From Alkalispirochaeta sp. (lineage in GTDB: Bacteria > Spirochaetota > Spirochaetia > DSM-27196 > Alkalispirochaetaceae): 64,000 bases of DNA. The position numbers and the translations under genes were made by a program. The stretch is taken from positions 4,800,001 through 4,864,000 of the forward strand of contig OZ271854.1 in NCBI GenBank assembly GCA_965601925.1, read 5' to 3'. Below the pieces are notes generated by a model. That model had not been told where the DNA came from. It did not search any database and was given only the letters and a program-made list of their open reading frames with translations. This document shows, one piece after another, positions 40,295 to 49,995 of this stretch (the first letter of the stretch is position 1; each line of letters begins with the position of its first letter).

Positions 40295-41365
40295 TCACCC
40301 GGCAAGTACGCCGCGTACGACGTGATCCGGCAGTACTTCCAATACCGTGTCCTGGGCTCCCGCCTGAAGGACGAATCGCAACCCGTCGCGATACCGCTTC
40401 TTGTCGCGCTGCATCGCGTCGAAGAGCGCGTCGGGTTCGGCACCTTGTACGCTGGCGCCCGTCTCGTAGCCGTAGGCCGAAAGGAGCATCACCACGCGTT
40501 GGACCCACGCGCCGTCGGTGATTCCAGCGGCCGCCCCGGCGTGCATCGCCCGCGCAATGCCCCACGCGACTGCCTCGCCGTGGGCGATCGCGTCGAACCC
40601 GAGCACACTTTCGGCGGCGTGACCGAACGTGTGGCCGAGATTCAGTACGGCGCGCCGTCCGCGTTCGGTTAAATCATCGGTGACGACGCGCGCCTTGACG
40701 CGCACGGAGCGGACGATCACCTCCCTGAGGAGCGCCGGGTCGCGACGCAAGATCTGTTCGCGACGATCCTCGAGGATCGATAGGAGCTCGGCGTCGTCCA
40801 GAAGTGCGGCTTTAATCACCTCGGCGAGGCCGTTGCGATACTCCCGCTCGCTCAACGTGGCCAGCAACGCCGGCACGAGTCGTACCTCGGCGGCCGGCGC
40901 AAAGGTTCCCACGATGTTCTTATACCCGCCGAAATCGATTCCCGTTTTACCGCCGATTGCCGCATCGACCATCGATAGAAGCGAGGTCGGAATCAAGACG
41001 AAATCGATGCCTCGCAGATATATACTTGCCGCGCACGCTCCCAGATCGGTCACGGCACCGCCGCCGAAAGCGGCCACAACGCTGTCGCGCGCGAGGCGCG
41101 CGTGTAGAAAACAGTGCAACGTCTCGCCGAGTACGTCGAAGTCTTTACAACGCTCGCCGGGGGGAAGTACGACACGAGGAATATCAATGTCTGAAGGAAG
41201 AATCTTTGCAGTGTTGTGGTCGCACACCAACGCGGCGATGCGTCGCGGCGGCTCGCCGTCACGCTCCAACGGCGCGCCGATATACGATGTGTCGCCGGCA
41301 AGGACGATACGCGAGTCGTTACCGCGGAACGGAATCCGCGCGACCTCGATGATGTCGTTGCGCAT
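40295..41365 (-). CDS. aroB: 3-dehydroquinate synthase
   Basis: Motifs GGGAVTDLG, PTSLLSMVDAAIGGKTG, KNIVGTF, LNLGHTFGHA, HGEAVAWG, DKK. Confidence 0.96.
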   Translation of the reverse strand: MRNDIIEVARIPFRGNDSRIVLAGDTSYIGAPLERDGEPPRRIAALVCDHNTAKILPSDIDIPRVVLPPGERCKDFDVLGETLHCFLHARLARDSVVAAFGGGAVTDLGACAASIYLRGIDFVLIPTSLLSMVDAAIGGKTGIDFGGYKNIVGTFAPAAEVRLVPALLATLSEREYRNGLAEVIKAALLDDAELLSILEDRREQILRRDPALLREVIVRSVRVKARVVTDDLTERGRRAVLNLGHTFGHAAESVLGFDAIAHGEAVAWGIARAMHAGAAAGITDGAWVQRVVMLLSAYGYETGASVQGAEPDALFDAMQRDKKRYRDGLRFVLQAGAQDTVLEVLPDHVVRGVLAG

Positions 41366-41382
41366 ACACAGACTGTATCACA

Positions 41383-41733
41383 CTACGAGCGACTGAGCAC
41401 CTCGTCGGGGATCGCCATCGGTGCTTCGACGAGTGAACCCACGATCTGTCGTATAAACGGATCGACAATCGAATAGACCCGACGATTTCCACGCACCTCG
41501 CTGGAGACGATACCTTTTTGTTTGAGCACCGCCAAATGTTGCGAAATCACCGGTTGCGGCTGATCGAGACAGCTCCAGAGATCGGAAACGCACGGCTCTT
41601 CCTGCTTGGCGATACGACACAACAGCCGTAGGCGCATCGGATGCCCACAAACCTTGAGCTTCGCGGCGCACAAATCGACATACGCTTCGGAGCAACAATT
41701 CGCATTGTCCGTATCGTATCCGGGAATCTCCAT
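41383..41733 (-). CDS. ArsR/SmtB family transcriptional regulator, Cys-rich
   Basis: HPMRLRLL...QPVISQHLAVLKQKGIV...RVYS winged HTH. Confidence 0.9.
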   Translation of the reverse strand: MEIPGYDTDNANCCSEAYVDLCAAKLKVCGHPMRLRLLCRIAKQEEPCVSDLWSCLDQPQPVISQHLAVLKQKGIVSSEVRGNRRVYSIVDPFIRQIVGSLVEAPMAIPDEVLSRS

Positions 41734-41739
41734 TGGTCT

Positions 41740-41768
41740 ATACTACCCTCGTTGGGTCAAAAAATCAA
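41740..41768 (-). promoter_or_regulatory. Leaderless promoter of the arsR-like gene, TTGATT-17-TAGTAT-6-ATG
   Basis: -35 at 41763-41768, -10 at 41740-41745. Confidence 0.55.
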
Positions 41769-41789
41769 TATATAGCAGAAATAAAATCG

Positions 41790-42125
41790 CTACGCCGTCT
41801 TCTTCGTTCCCGTCGCACCCGATTCTTTGCTCGAGCCGCTTTTCCCGTGCTCGGTCGTCTTTGTGTCTTTTCCGCCGTCGTCGGAACCACTTTTCTCGCT
41901 CGACCTCGTGCTGCTCGTACTCTTCGACCCCGACGGTCCCGAAGACTTGCTGTCGTTGACGTAAAAGCCGCTTCCTTTGAATATGATGCCCGTTCCGCCG
42001 GAAATGAGCCGTCGGAGGGCGGGGGTGTCGCACTCCGGGCATACCGACAACGGCTCATCGTGAAAGGACTGAAACGCCTCAAACAGATGATTGCAGTTAT
42101 CGCATTGGTAATCGTACGTCGGCAT
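41790..42125 (-). CDS. FmdB family zinc-ribbon protein
   Basis: MPTYDYQCDNC...CPEC...IFKGSGFYVND followed by a S/K-rich tail; AAGGAG SD. Confidence 0.92.
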   Translation of the reverse strand: MPTYDYQCDNCNHLFEAFQSFHDEPLSVCPECDTPALRRLISGGTGIIFKGSGFYVNDSKSSGPSGSKSTSSTRSSEKSGSDDGGKDTKTTEHGKSGSSKESGATGTKKTA

Positions 42126-42182
42126 GATTACGCTCCTTCTCGTGATAGGGAAAAATATACGAATCCGTGTGATAGGGGCAAG

Positions 42183-42956
42183 TCATCGATCGGTACGCCT
42201 CACGGGAATGCTATGCTCGGATAGGTAGCGCTTGATGCCGCCGACGGTGAAGTCGCCGTAGTGAACCATACTGGCGACCAACGCGGCGTCGGCCGCACCC
42301 TCGTCGAGTACCTCACGCAGATGTTCGGGGTGCCCCGCCCCGCCGGAGGCGACGACCGGAACCGACACCGCCTTCGAGATCATCGAGGTGAGATTACACT
42401 CGTAGCCGTTGCGCGTGCCGTCGGCGTCGATACTGTTTACGACGATCTCGCCCGCTCCGAGGTCGACGGCGTGGCGCGCCCATTCGAGAGCGTCCAACTC
42501 CGTGGCGGTTCGCCCGCCGTTGATGAATACGCGATATCCGGACGGCATCGACGCGTCGGCCGCCGCGTCCATACCGAGCACAATGCACTGACGACCGAAC
42601 CTGGCCGCACCCTCGCCGATGACGTCCGGGTTTTTGACCGCTTGGCTGTTGACGCTGATCTTCTCGGCGCCGGCAAGAAGCACGCGACGCATATCATCGA
42701 CCGTTGCAACTCCCCCGCCGACGGAGAAGGGAACGAAGATCTGGGAGGCGACCTTCTCGACGATGTCGATCATAATCCCCCTTCCCTCGGCGCTGGCGGT
42801 TATGTCGTAAAAGACGAGTTCATCGACTCCCTCGTCGTAATAGTGACGCGCCATCGCCACCGGATCTCCGATATCGACATTTTCCTTAAATCGAACGCCC
42901 TTCGTTACCATTCCGTCGCGCACATCGAGGCACACGATGACCCGCTTCTGATACAT
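42183..42956 (-). CDS. hisF: Imidazole glycerol phosphate synthase cyclase subunit
   Basis: Motifs [37 protein letters not shown]. Confidence 0.96.
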   Translation of the reverse strand: MYQKRVIVCLDVRDGMVTKGVRFKENVDIGDPVAMARHYYDEGVDELVFYDITASAEGRGIMIDIVEKVASQIFVPFSVGGGVATVDDMRRVLLAGAEKISVNSQAVKNPDVIGEGAARFGRQCIVLGMDAAADASMPSGYRVFINGGRTATELDALEWARHAVDLGAGEIVVNSIDADGTRNGYECNLTSMISKAVSVPVVASGGAGHPEHLREVLDEGAADAALVASMVHYGDFTVGGIKRYLSEHSIPVRRTDR

Positions 42957-43015
42957 GATGCTCTCCGCTCTGTCGGTCGGCTAAAGCCGCGCTCAAATAC
43001 GACGAGGAGACGCGG

Positions 43016-43624
43016 CTACGGCCGCCACTCCAGAAAGTTCCGTAACATCTTCAATCCGATCTCGCCGCTCTTCTCGGGGTGAAACTGAGTAGCAACGATA
43101 TTGTCTCTCCCGACTACCGCGGCGAACCGTTCGCCGTAATCGCATACGGCCAGCGCGTCGGATTCGCTCCTCGGCGCGGGATAGTAGGAGTGGACGAAAT
43201 AAAACGAACTCTCTTCGGCAATATCGTCGAAAAGGGGGTGGTCCGCCACGGCGGAAATCGTGTTCCAACCCATATGCGGAATTTTGAGCCCGTCCCCACC
43301 TGCCAGTTTCACCGTGCGGCCCGCGATCAACCCCAGACACGAGACGTCGCGCTCGTCGGAGTGGTCCAACACGATCTGGGCGCCGATACAGATACCGAGG
43401 ATCGGCACGCCGCGGCGAGCGGCATCGGTAATCGCTTCGTCCAAGGCGAGGGAGCGCAGGCTTTCCATGGCGGAGTACGCCTCGCCGTCACCGGGAATGA
43501 CGATACGCTGCGCCCGGGCGACTACGTCGGGGTCGCTGGTCACCACGTGTTCGGCGTGGAAATACGCCAACGCGCGGGCGGCGCTACGAATGTTTCCGGC
43601 CTCGTAGTCGATAATGGCAATCAT
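43016..43624 (-). CDS. hisH: Imidazole glycerol phosphate synthase glutaminase subunit
   Basis: Motifs IIDYEAGN, GICIGAQ, IPHMGWN, YFVHSY, QFHPEKSG. Confidence 0.96.
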   Translation of the reverse strand: MIAIIDYEAGNIRSAARALAYFHAEHVVTSDPDVVARAQRIVIPGDGEAYSAMESLRSLALDEAITDAARRGVPILGICIGAQIVLDHSDERDVSCLGLIAGRTVKLAGGDGLKIPHMGWNTISAVADHPLFDDIAEESSFYFVHSYYPAPRSESDALAVCDYGERFAAVVGRDNIVATQFHPEKSGEIGLKMLRNFLEWRP

Positions 43625-43758
43625 TGTCGGGCCTCTCGGAAGAGAAGACGCGCCGAGGCGGTACGATCATCGGTCGTCACAACGGCGGCGCCGAGGTGGT
43701 GTAGTGCCGTCTCAACACTACGAAGATTTCCCGCGTCGTAATCGACCACCGCAATCAT
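43621..43758 (-). pseudogene. 45-aa truncated hisH paralog (mini-ORF, not in the ORF track)
   Basis: Manual translation MIAVVDYDAGNLRSVETALHHLGAAVVTTDDRTASARLLFREARQ*. GGAGG SD upstream; ATGA overlaps with both neighbours. Confidence 0.8.
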
Positions 43759-44774
43759 GGCGCGCCTCCTTCCGCGGATACATCCGCGAGTATCATGTTC
43801 AAAACTCCGGTCTCGGCGGACGGATCGATTCTCAAACCGACTATCACGATCGTCTCCCGATCGCGAAGAATATCAAAATCCTCGGTAAGTTCCATCCCCT
43901 GGGCAACGGCAAACTGCGGAAGCAACAACCTGGCCGGAACAAGCGCAACTCGCGCCTCTCGCTCCCCGGAAAACGAAATCGCCCCCTGCACTGCCAAATA
44001 TCCGCTTGCTGCCTCTTCGTTCAACGTGAGAAGAGCCGCATTCGGCCCGACGTGGTCCGGAAAGCCGGGAATGGGCGGGGAGGTTATCCACGCTATGATA
44101 CGCTGGCGATTCCCGACTCCCGACGAGCCGGTCGCACTGAAGAGCGCCGCCGTCTCCTCTCCCAGAGGGGGGCCGCCGCCCGAGAGGCGAGGATAAAACT
44201 CCTCGACCACAGACTCGCGCACCGCCGCGGGGTTCCGATATGGAGCGATATCGCGATCAAACGTCCACACGTCGCGCCGCGCGAGAAGCAGCTCCTCCCG
44301 GCCTGAGGGCGAGCGCCATCGCCCCCTTTCGATGCGATCCCACCCCTGAGCGTTGAGGACGAGTGCCGCGCCCACCCTTCGCGAATCGACATCGAGCCAT
44401 ACACGTTCGCGCTCGGGGGTGCGGTGCAGCAGTATACGTTCGACGCGTCCGACGACTCGCTCCCGCAGCCCCGTAAGGGCGCTCCCGACATCTCGGGCCA
44501 ACTCCCATGAGTCGGTGGAGACGAACACCAAATACTCACCGCCGCGCTCGTCGTCCACCCGCGCGCCGTCGGAATCTCCGGAACGCGGAAACGGCGGCAT
44601 CGTGGCTTCCAAGAACGTTACATCGTCGTCGGAGAGCGTAGGAAAGGCGATCCACCGATCACGCATCGCCCCGTTTAGGGTGCGGTAAGCCGCCGGCGAG
44701 GTCGCGCACGACGCCAGAGCACTCAGCGCAAGGGCGACTAACACGGCGCGGGATCGTCTTCGGTCGCCTCGCAT
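43755..44774 (-). CDS. Hypothetical lipoprotein
   Basis: Basic N-terminus, hydrophobic core, lipobox LASC; sits in the ileS-his operon. Confidence 0.72.
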   Translation of the reverse strand: MRGDRRRSRAVLVALALSALASCATSPAAYRTLNGAMRDRWIAFPTLSDDDVTFLEATMPPFPRSGDSDGARVDDERGGEYLVFVSTDSWELARDVGSALTGLRERVVGRVERILLHRTPERERVWLDVDSRRVGAALVLNAQGWDRIERGRWRSPSGREELLLARRDVWTFDRDIAPYRNPAAVRESVVEEFYPRLSGGGPPLGEETAALFSATGSSGVGNRQRIIAWITSPPIPGFPDHVGPNAALLTLNEEAASGYLAVQGAISFSGEREARVALVPARLLLPQFAVAQGMELTEDFDILRDRETIVIVGLRIDPSAETGVLNMILADVSAEGGAP

Positions 44775-44783
44775 GGTGGCGGC

Positions 44784-47700
44784 TCACACGGTGCGAATCG
44801 CCACTCGAGCGGAAGTCTCTCCGATTGCGATCGACTCAGCGTCGTCCGACGCGCTCCACTCGAGCTGTTCGGCGAGCGTCTCGCCGCACAAGTACTCTTC
44901 AAAGGTGCGCACCGCCGCGGCGATCTCCTCGTCGCCGTCAATCGAGAGGGCGATGCGGTCGGTCACCTCGAAACCGCGCGCCTTTCGCATGGTCTGCACG
45001 GCACGAATCAGGTCGCGGACGAGCCCCTCCTGCCGCAGCTCGGTGGTGATCTCCGGATCCAAGGCGACTGTAAGGCTTCCCTCGTTGAGAACTTTGAGAT
45101 TCTCCTTCTCGCTGCGCTGGACCAATACGCTGTCGATGGTGATGTCGACCGACTCACCCTCAACCTCCAAGCTCAGCGTGCTACCGTCCATGAGCTGTTG
45201 GATCTCGACGCCCGACAACCCTTCGATCACCGCCGCCGCAGCGCGCATCCGTTTGCCGAGCCTCGGGCCGAGCTCGCGAAAGTTCGCCTTGGCGGAATAC
45301 TCGACGAGTTCCTCCTCGTTCTCGCGGAAGACGACCTCTTTGACGTTGATCTCGTCGCGAATGATGTCCTCCATCTCCAGGAGAACCCTGCGCGCCTCAC
45401 CGTCGCGAGTGACCAAATGGAGGGCGGCCAGGGGTTGGCGAATCTTCAGATTGTGCATGGTGCGGATCGCCCGGCCCAGGCTCACGGCCTGGCGCGTTAC
45501 CGCCATCTTCCGCTCCAACTCGAGATCGCGGCGCTTCTCGTCCGCGACCGGATAGTCGCACAGATGGACCGATTCGGGCTCTCCGGGGGAGCGCAGATTG
45601 CGATAAATCTCCTCGGTCATGAAGGGGATAATCGGCGCGGCGACCTTGGTGAGCGTCATGAGCACGGAATAGAGCGTCTGATACGCCTGTATCTTGTCGC
45701 CGTCGTTCTCACTCCTCCAGAATCGTCGACGACTGCGCCGCACGTACCAGTTGTTGAGCGTATCGATGAAGCTCACGATCGGGTCGATCGCCCGCTGTAG
45801 TTCGTAGGAGTCGAGGTAACCGGTCACCTCGGCCACGAGGCGCTCGGTCTCCGAAAGCACCCAGCGGTCCAACGGGTTGTCGGGCTCGTCGGGCGCACCG
45901 GTCGGTTGTACACCGTCAATATTGGCGTAGGTGACGAAAAAGCTGTAGGCGTTCCAATACGGGATGATGACCGTTTTGAGAACCTCGCGCACACCTTCAT
46001 CGGAGTACTTGAGATCCTCGGCGCGCACGACCGCCGAATCCATCAGAAAGAGGCGCAATGCATCGGCGCCGAACTCGTCGATGATATCCTTCGGATCGGT
46101 GTAATTGCGCTCGCTTTTCGACATCTTCTTGCCGTCGGGGGCGAGGACGAGACCGTTCACCACCACGTGTTCGAATCCGGGGGAGTCGAAGAGTGCGGCG
46201 GCGAGAACGGTCAAGGTGTAAAACCATCCGCGCGTCTGGTCCAACCCCTCACAGATGAAGTCGGCGGGGAAGTTCTCCTCGAAGAACTCCTTGTTCTCGA
46301 ACGGATAGTGGCTCTGGCCGTATGGCATGGCACCGGACTCGAACCAGCAATCCAACACCTCGGGAATTCGGCGCATCGTTCCCTTTCCGTCGGGGCTCGG
46401 CCAGGTGATATCATCGATGAAATGCTTGTGCAAATCCTCGACCCACACTCCGCTCTTTTCTCTGAGCTCCGTTCGGCTGCCGATCACTTCGATGTGGTCA
46501 CTTCCGTCGCACTTCCACACCGGGAGCGGATTACCCCAGTACCGATTGCGGCTGATCGCCCAGTCTCGCGCTCCCTCCAGCCACTTGCCGAAGCGCCCTT
46601 TCTTAACGTGGCCGGGAACCCATTCGATCTTATCGTTGGCCTGAAGCATGCTCCGCTTGACCTTGTCGATGTTGACGAACCACGAACTGATCGCACGGTA
46701 GATGAGCGGTTTCTTGGAGCGATAACAGAAGGGATAGGCGTGGCGATAGGTCTCGCGTTTGACGAGGACTCCCCGCTCTTTCAGCCACGCGATGATGTTC
46801 TTATCCGCCTCTTTGACCTGCTGTCCCTCGAAATCGGGGACCTCGGAGGTGAAGCGCGCCTCGGGATCGATCGGTACGACCACCGGAAGACCGCTGTCGC
46901 GCAGCAGATTGTAGTCGTCCTCACCGAATCCCGGAGCGATGTGCACCACGCCGGTACCGTCCTCGGTCGTAACGAAATCCCCCAGGTGTACGGCAAACGC
47001 ACCGTCGTCGGCAAGATCGGCGAAATAGGGAAAGATCGGCTCGTAGCGCAGCCCCGCCAAGTCTTTACCGGTCAGGCGGTCGACGACGGTGTACTCGCTC
47101 TCGTCGCGGTAATAGTGGCTCAGGCGGCTCTCCGCGAGGATGTAGTGGTCCTCTCCGTCGGCGATTCGCACGTAGTCGATATTCTCACCGACCGCCAGGG
47201 CGAGGTTGCTGGGTAAGGTCCACGGCGTCGTCGTCCACGCCAGCACGTACGTATTCGGCTCGTTTGTCAGGCGAAACCTCACGGTGATCGCCGGATCGTC
47301 GACCTCGTGATATCCGCCCAAATTCACCTCGAAGTTTGACAGCGGCGTCGCCAGCGCGGGGCTATAGGGTAGGATGTAATATCCCTCGTAGATGAGCCCC
47401 TTCTCCCATAGCTGCTTGAAGACCCACCAGATCGTCTCCATGTACTCGGGGTCCATCGTCTTGTAGTCGTTATCGAAGTCGACCCAGCGACCCATGCGGG
47501 TAACCACCTCGCGCCACTCATCGGTGTAGCGAAGCACGATACCGCGGCACGCCTCGTTGAAGCGGGCGACGCCGTACTCCTCGATCTGCGACGCCCCGGA
47601 GATTCCCAGCTCCTTCTCCATCTCGTACTCGACCGGCAGACCGTGGCAATCCCATCCGAATCGACGCTCGACCCGCTTGCCCTTCATCGTTTGGTAGCGC

Positions 47701-47906
47701 GGAATGATGTCTTTGATCGTGCCGGGGACGAAGTGCCCGAAGTGCGGAAGGCCCGTAGCAAAGGGCGGTCCGTCGTAAAAGGTGAAATGATCCGTCTCGC
47801 TCCGTTGCGCGACGGACCGTTCGAATGTCGAGTGTTCCTTCCAAAATGCGAGGATGTCCTCCTCCATCTTTGGGAAGCTCACCTTCGGGTCAACCGGCTT
47901 GTACAA
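44784..47906 (-). CDS. ileS: Isoleucine--tRNA ligase (type 2-like)
   Basis: Motifs DGPPFATGLPHFGH, GWDCHGLP, WTTTPWTL, SRNRYWG, KMSKS. TTG start after GAGGAGG. Confidence 0.97.
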   Translation of the reverse strand: MYKPVDPKVSFPKMEEDILAFWKEHSTFERSVAQRSETDHFTFYDGPPFATGLPHFGHFVPGTIKDIIPRYQTMKGKRVERRFGWDCHGLPVEYEMEKELGISGASQIEEYGVARFNEACRGIVLRYTDEWREVVTRMGRWVDFDNDYKTMDPEYMETIWWVFKQLWEKGLIYEGYYILPYSPALATPLSNFEVNLGGYHEVDDPAITVRFRLTNEPNTYVLAWTTTPWTLPSNLALAVGENIDYVRIADGEDHYILAESRLSHYYRDESEYTVVDRLTGKDLAGLRYEPIFPYFADLADDGAFAVHLGDFVTTEDGTGVVHIAPGFGEDDYNLLRDSGLPVVVPIDPEARFTSEVPDFEGQQVKEADKNIIAWLKERGVLVKRETYRHAYPFCYRSKKPLIYRAISSWFVNIDKVKRSMLQANDKIEWVPGHVKKGRFGKWLEGARDWAISRNRYWGNPLPVWKCDGSDHIEVIGSRTELREKSGVWVEDLHKHFIDDITWPSPDGKGTMRRIPEVLDCWFESGAMPYGQSHYPFENKEFFEENFPADFICEGLDQTRGWFYTLTVLAAALFDSPGFEHVVVNGLVLAPDGKKMSKSERNYTDPKDIIDEFGADALRLFLMDSAVVRAEDLKYSDEGVREVLKTVIIPYWNAYSFFVTYANIDGVQPTGAPDEPDNPLDRWVLSETERLVAEVTGYLDSYELQRAIDPIVSFIDTLNNWYVRRSRRRFWRSENDGDKIQAYQTLYSVLMTLTKVAAPIIPFMTEEIYRNLRSPGEPESVHLCDYPVADEKRRDLELERKMAVTRQAVSLGRAIRTMHNLKIRQPLAALHLVTRDGEARRVLLEMEDIIRDEINVKEVVFRENEEELVEYSAKANFRELGPRLGKRMRAAAAVIEGLSGVEIQQLMDGSTLSLEVEGESVDITIDSVLVQRSEKENLKVLNEGSLTVALDPEITTELRQEGLVRDLIRAVQTMRKARGFEVTDRIALSIDGDEEIAAAVRTFEEYLCGETLAEQLEWSASDDAESIAIGETSARVAIRTV

Positions 47907-47964
47907 AGCGTCCTCCTCGTGTACTGCCTTCTAAGAGATATCGAGTTCGTTGCCGAGACGGGAA

Positions 47965-48999
47965 CTACCCGTCGACCGTCTCGTCTCGTACGATATGGCG
48001 AATCACCTCTACGTCGTACCGGTAGAGTACGATCGTGGAACCTACCGGGAGCCGGTAGGGAAAGGCGATCTGACCGCCGGGATGGACGACGGTAAACAGC
48101 GTGGTGCTCTCGCCCTCGGGGTCCACCGCTACGGCGCTCAGCTCCACCGCCACCGCGTACTCGGGCAGCGTTCGGTCGAATAGTCCGAACTGCACCTCGT
48201 CGTCCGCGCTCCGCACGTCCCGTATCGTCAACGCCACCGGAGTACCGACCGCCACTTGGGAGCCCGGCTCGGGCTCCTGCGCAACGACGACACCCTCCTG
48301 GCCGATCGTCGGCTGTTCCTCCAGCTGGAACAAGAAGGGAATGCCGTCTCGGGAGAGGATCTGTATGGCATCCGACCAGTCCAACCCGAGAAAGGTCGGA
48401 AGCGATACGCGCTCGATATCGGGACCGCGACTTACGATCAGATCGAGGCCGGTAGAACCCGAGAGCGTCGTCCCCGGGGAGGGGTCCTGGCCGATGATCG
48501 TGCCCGCCGGCGACTCGTCGAATACATAACTGATCGTGTCGATGAAGAGAACGCCCTCTCCGCCGACGCCGAGGGCCTGCAGATCGGCCCGGACGTCCTG
48601 AAAGAGACGTCCCGAGTAGTCGTCAACCTCTTCGATGACCGCTCCCTGACTCACCAGAAGCGTAATCCGACGCCCCGCCCGTACCACCGCGCCCGGTTCG
48701 GGGTTCTGGGAAATAATGTGACCGCGAAGGGTCGGGTCCGAGTGGTAGCGCAACTGTACCTGGGGATACAAGCCGCGTTCCTGAAGGGAGACGAGAGCGT
48801 CTACCAACTCTTCGCCGGCAATATCGGGCACCTGCGTCTGTTCGGGGCCGCGAAGGGTCAACAAAAATGCAACCAGCGCCGAGAGTCCGAGAAATACGAA
48901 AAGCCCGACGAAGGCCCACGAGGTGATAAGGAAGTAACGACGTTCGGGACTGTCGTCCACCAATCTCCTGTTTCGTTTGAGAAAACCGAATATGTTCAT
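47965..48999 (-). CDS. PASTA-domain membrane protein
   Basis: One TM and three PASTA repeats (IISQNPEPG, IIGQDPSPG, VVAQEPEPG). Confidence 0.9.
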   Translation of the reverse strand: MNIFGFLKRNRRLVDDSPERRYFLITSWAFVGLFVFLGLSALVAFLLTLRGPEQTQVPDIAGEELVDALVSLQERGLYPQVQLRYHSDPTLRGHIISQNPEPGAVVRAGRRITLLVSQGAVIEEVDDYSGRLFQDVRADLQALGVGGEGVLFIDTISYVFDESPAGTIIGQDPSPGTTLSGSTGLDLIVSRGPDIERVSLPTFLGLDWSDAIQILSRDGIPFLFQLEEQPTIGQEGVVVAQEPEPGSQVAVGTPVALTIRDVRSADDEVQFGLFDRTLPEYAVAVELSAVAVDPEGESTTLFTVVHPGGQIAFPYRLPVGSTIVLYRYDVEVIRHIVRDETVDG

Positions 49000-49002
49000 G
49001 AT

Positions 49003-49995
49003 CTACGCTCGTTCCAGCACACTACCGATGATGGTCGGATTGCCGTTGATGAAGGCACGAAAGTCCATCTCCTTGCGTGTCTGCAATTTGAGACGTCTAA
49101 CCGCAACCAAGCCATCCGTGGTTTGTATCAGAATTCCAAGTCCGTTGTCTACCGCGACCACCTCACCGGGCGTCGCTTTTTCGGGCGCGGCGCCGCCTTC
49201 GACCGCGGGCCGTCGTGCCGGAAGATGGTTCACGTCGATCAACTGAAGCGTCTTTCCCGCCCACGAGCAGACGACGCCGGGCCACGGCGTGTAGGCGCGA
49301 ACCATGCGCGAAATAGTGAGGGCCGACTCGCTCCAATCGAGCTTTCCGTCTCCGCGCTCGACCTTTCGGCAATAGGTTGCCCGCTCGTGGTCCTGAGGAG
49401 TCCGCTGCGCGCTGCCGGCCGCGATTCGATCGATCGCCTCGACCAACAGGCGGGCGCCTCGGCGTCCCAAATCGTCGTGGAGCCGCGAGAGCGAGACGTC
49501 GTCGGGGAGCGCGATACGTTCCTGAAGAAGGATGTCGCCCGAATCCATCTCCGGCGCAAGGTATTGTACGGTCACGCCCGTCTGTTCGTCTCCGGCGAGA
49601 ATCGCCGCCTGTAGGGGGCTGGGGCCGCGATGGCGCGGCAACAGCGAAGGGTGGACGTTAAGGCCCCCCTCCGGGAAGAGGGCCAGAAATCGCGGGCCGA
49701 AGATCCTACCGTAGGCGACCACGACCAAAAGATCGGGAGCCGTTGCGCTCACCGCTTCCCGCGCCTGTGCTCCCAGGCGTTCGGGCTGGAGAACCGGTAC
49801 TCCGTGCTCGAGGGCCCACGTTTTGACCGGCGAGGGCCGTACTCGTCGTCCACGGCCGCTCGGCGCGTCGGGATTGGTCAGGGCGCCCACGATGCGCCAC
49901 CGTGAAGAGTGTTCCCACGCCGCCTCTAAGGAGAAGACGGCGATTTCAGGAGTGCCCGCGAAGAGAATGCGTAACGGCGTCGTGCGAATGCTCAT
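49003..49995 (-). CDS. fmt: Methionyl-tRNA formyltransferase
   Basis: Motifs FAGTPE, NVHPSLLPRHRGPSP, MDSGDIL; adjacent to def. Confidence 0.96.
   Translation of the reverse strand: MSIRTTPLRILFAGTPEIAVFSLEAAWEHSSRWRIVGALTNPDAPSGRGRRVRPSPVKTWALEHGVPVLQPERLGAQAREAVSATAPDLLVVVAYGRIFGPRFLALFPEGGLNVHPSLLPRHRGPSPLQAAILAGDEQTGVTVQYLAPEMDSGDILLQERIALPDDVSLSRLHDDLGRRGARLLVEAIDRIAAGSAQRTPQDHERATYCRKVERGDGKLDWSESALTISRMVRAYTPWPGVVCSWAGKTLQLIDVNHLPARRPAVEGGAAPEKATPGEVVAVDNGLGILIQTTDGLVAVRRLKLQTRKEMDFRAFINGNPTIIGSVLERA

Noticed and set aside
42142..42151. Similarity of TCCCTATCA to a tetO half-site
   Set aside because: Half-site only, in direct rather than inverted arrangement, and no tetR/tetA nearby; likely coincidence.
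45198..49614. Long antisense ORFs such as 45906-47216 and 48256-49614 (also 21840-22706 and 23200-24177)
   Set aside because: Shadow ORFs opposite ileS, fmt/PASTA and the acidic protein, explained by codon bias; no recognisable motifs.
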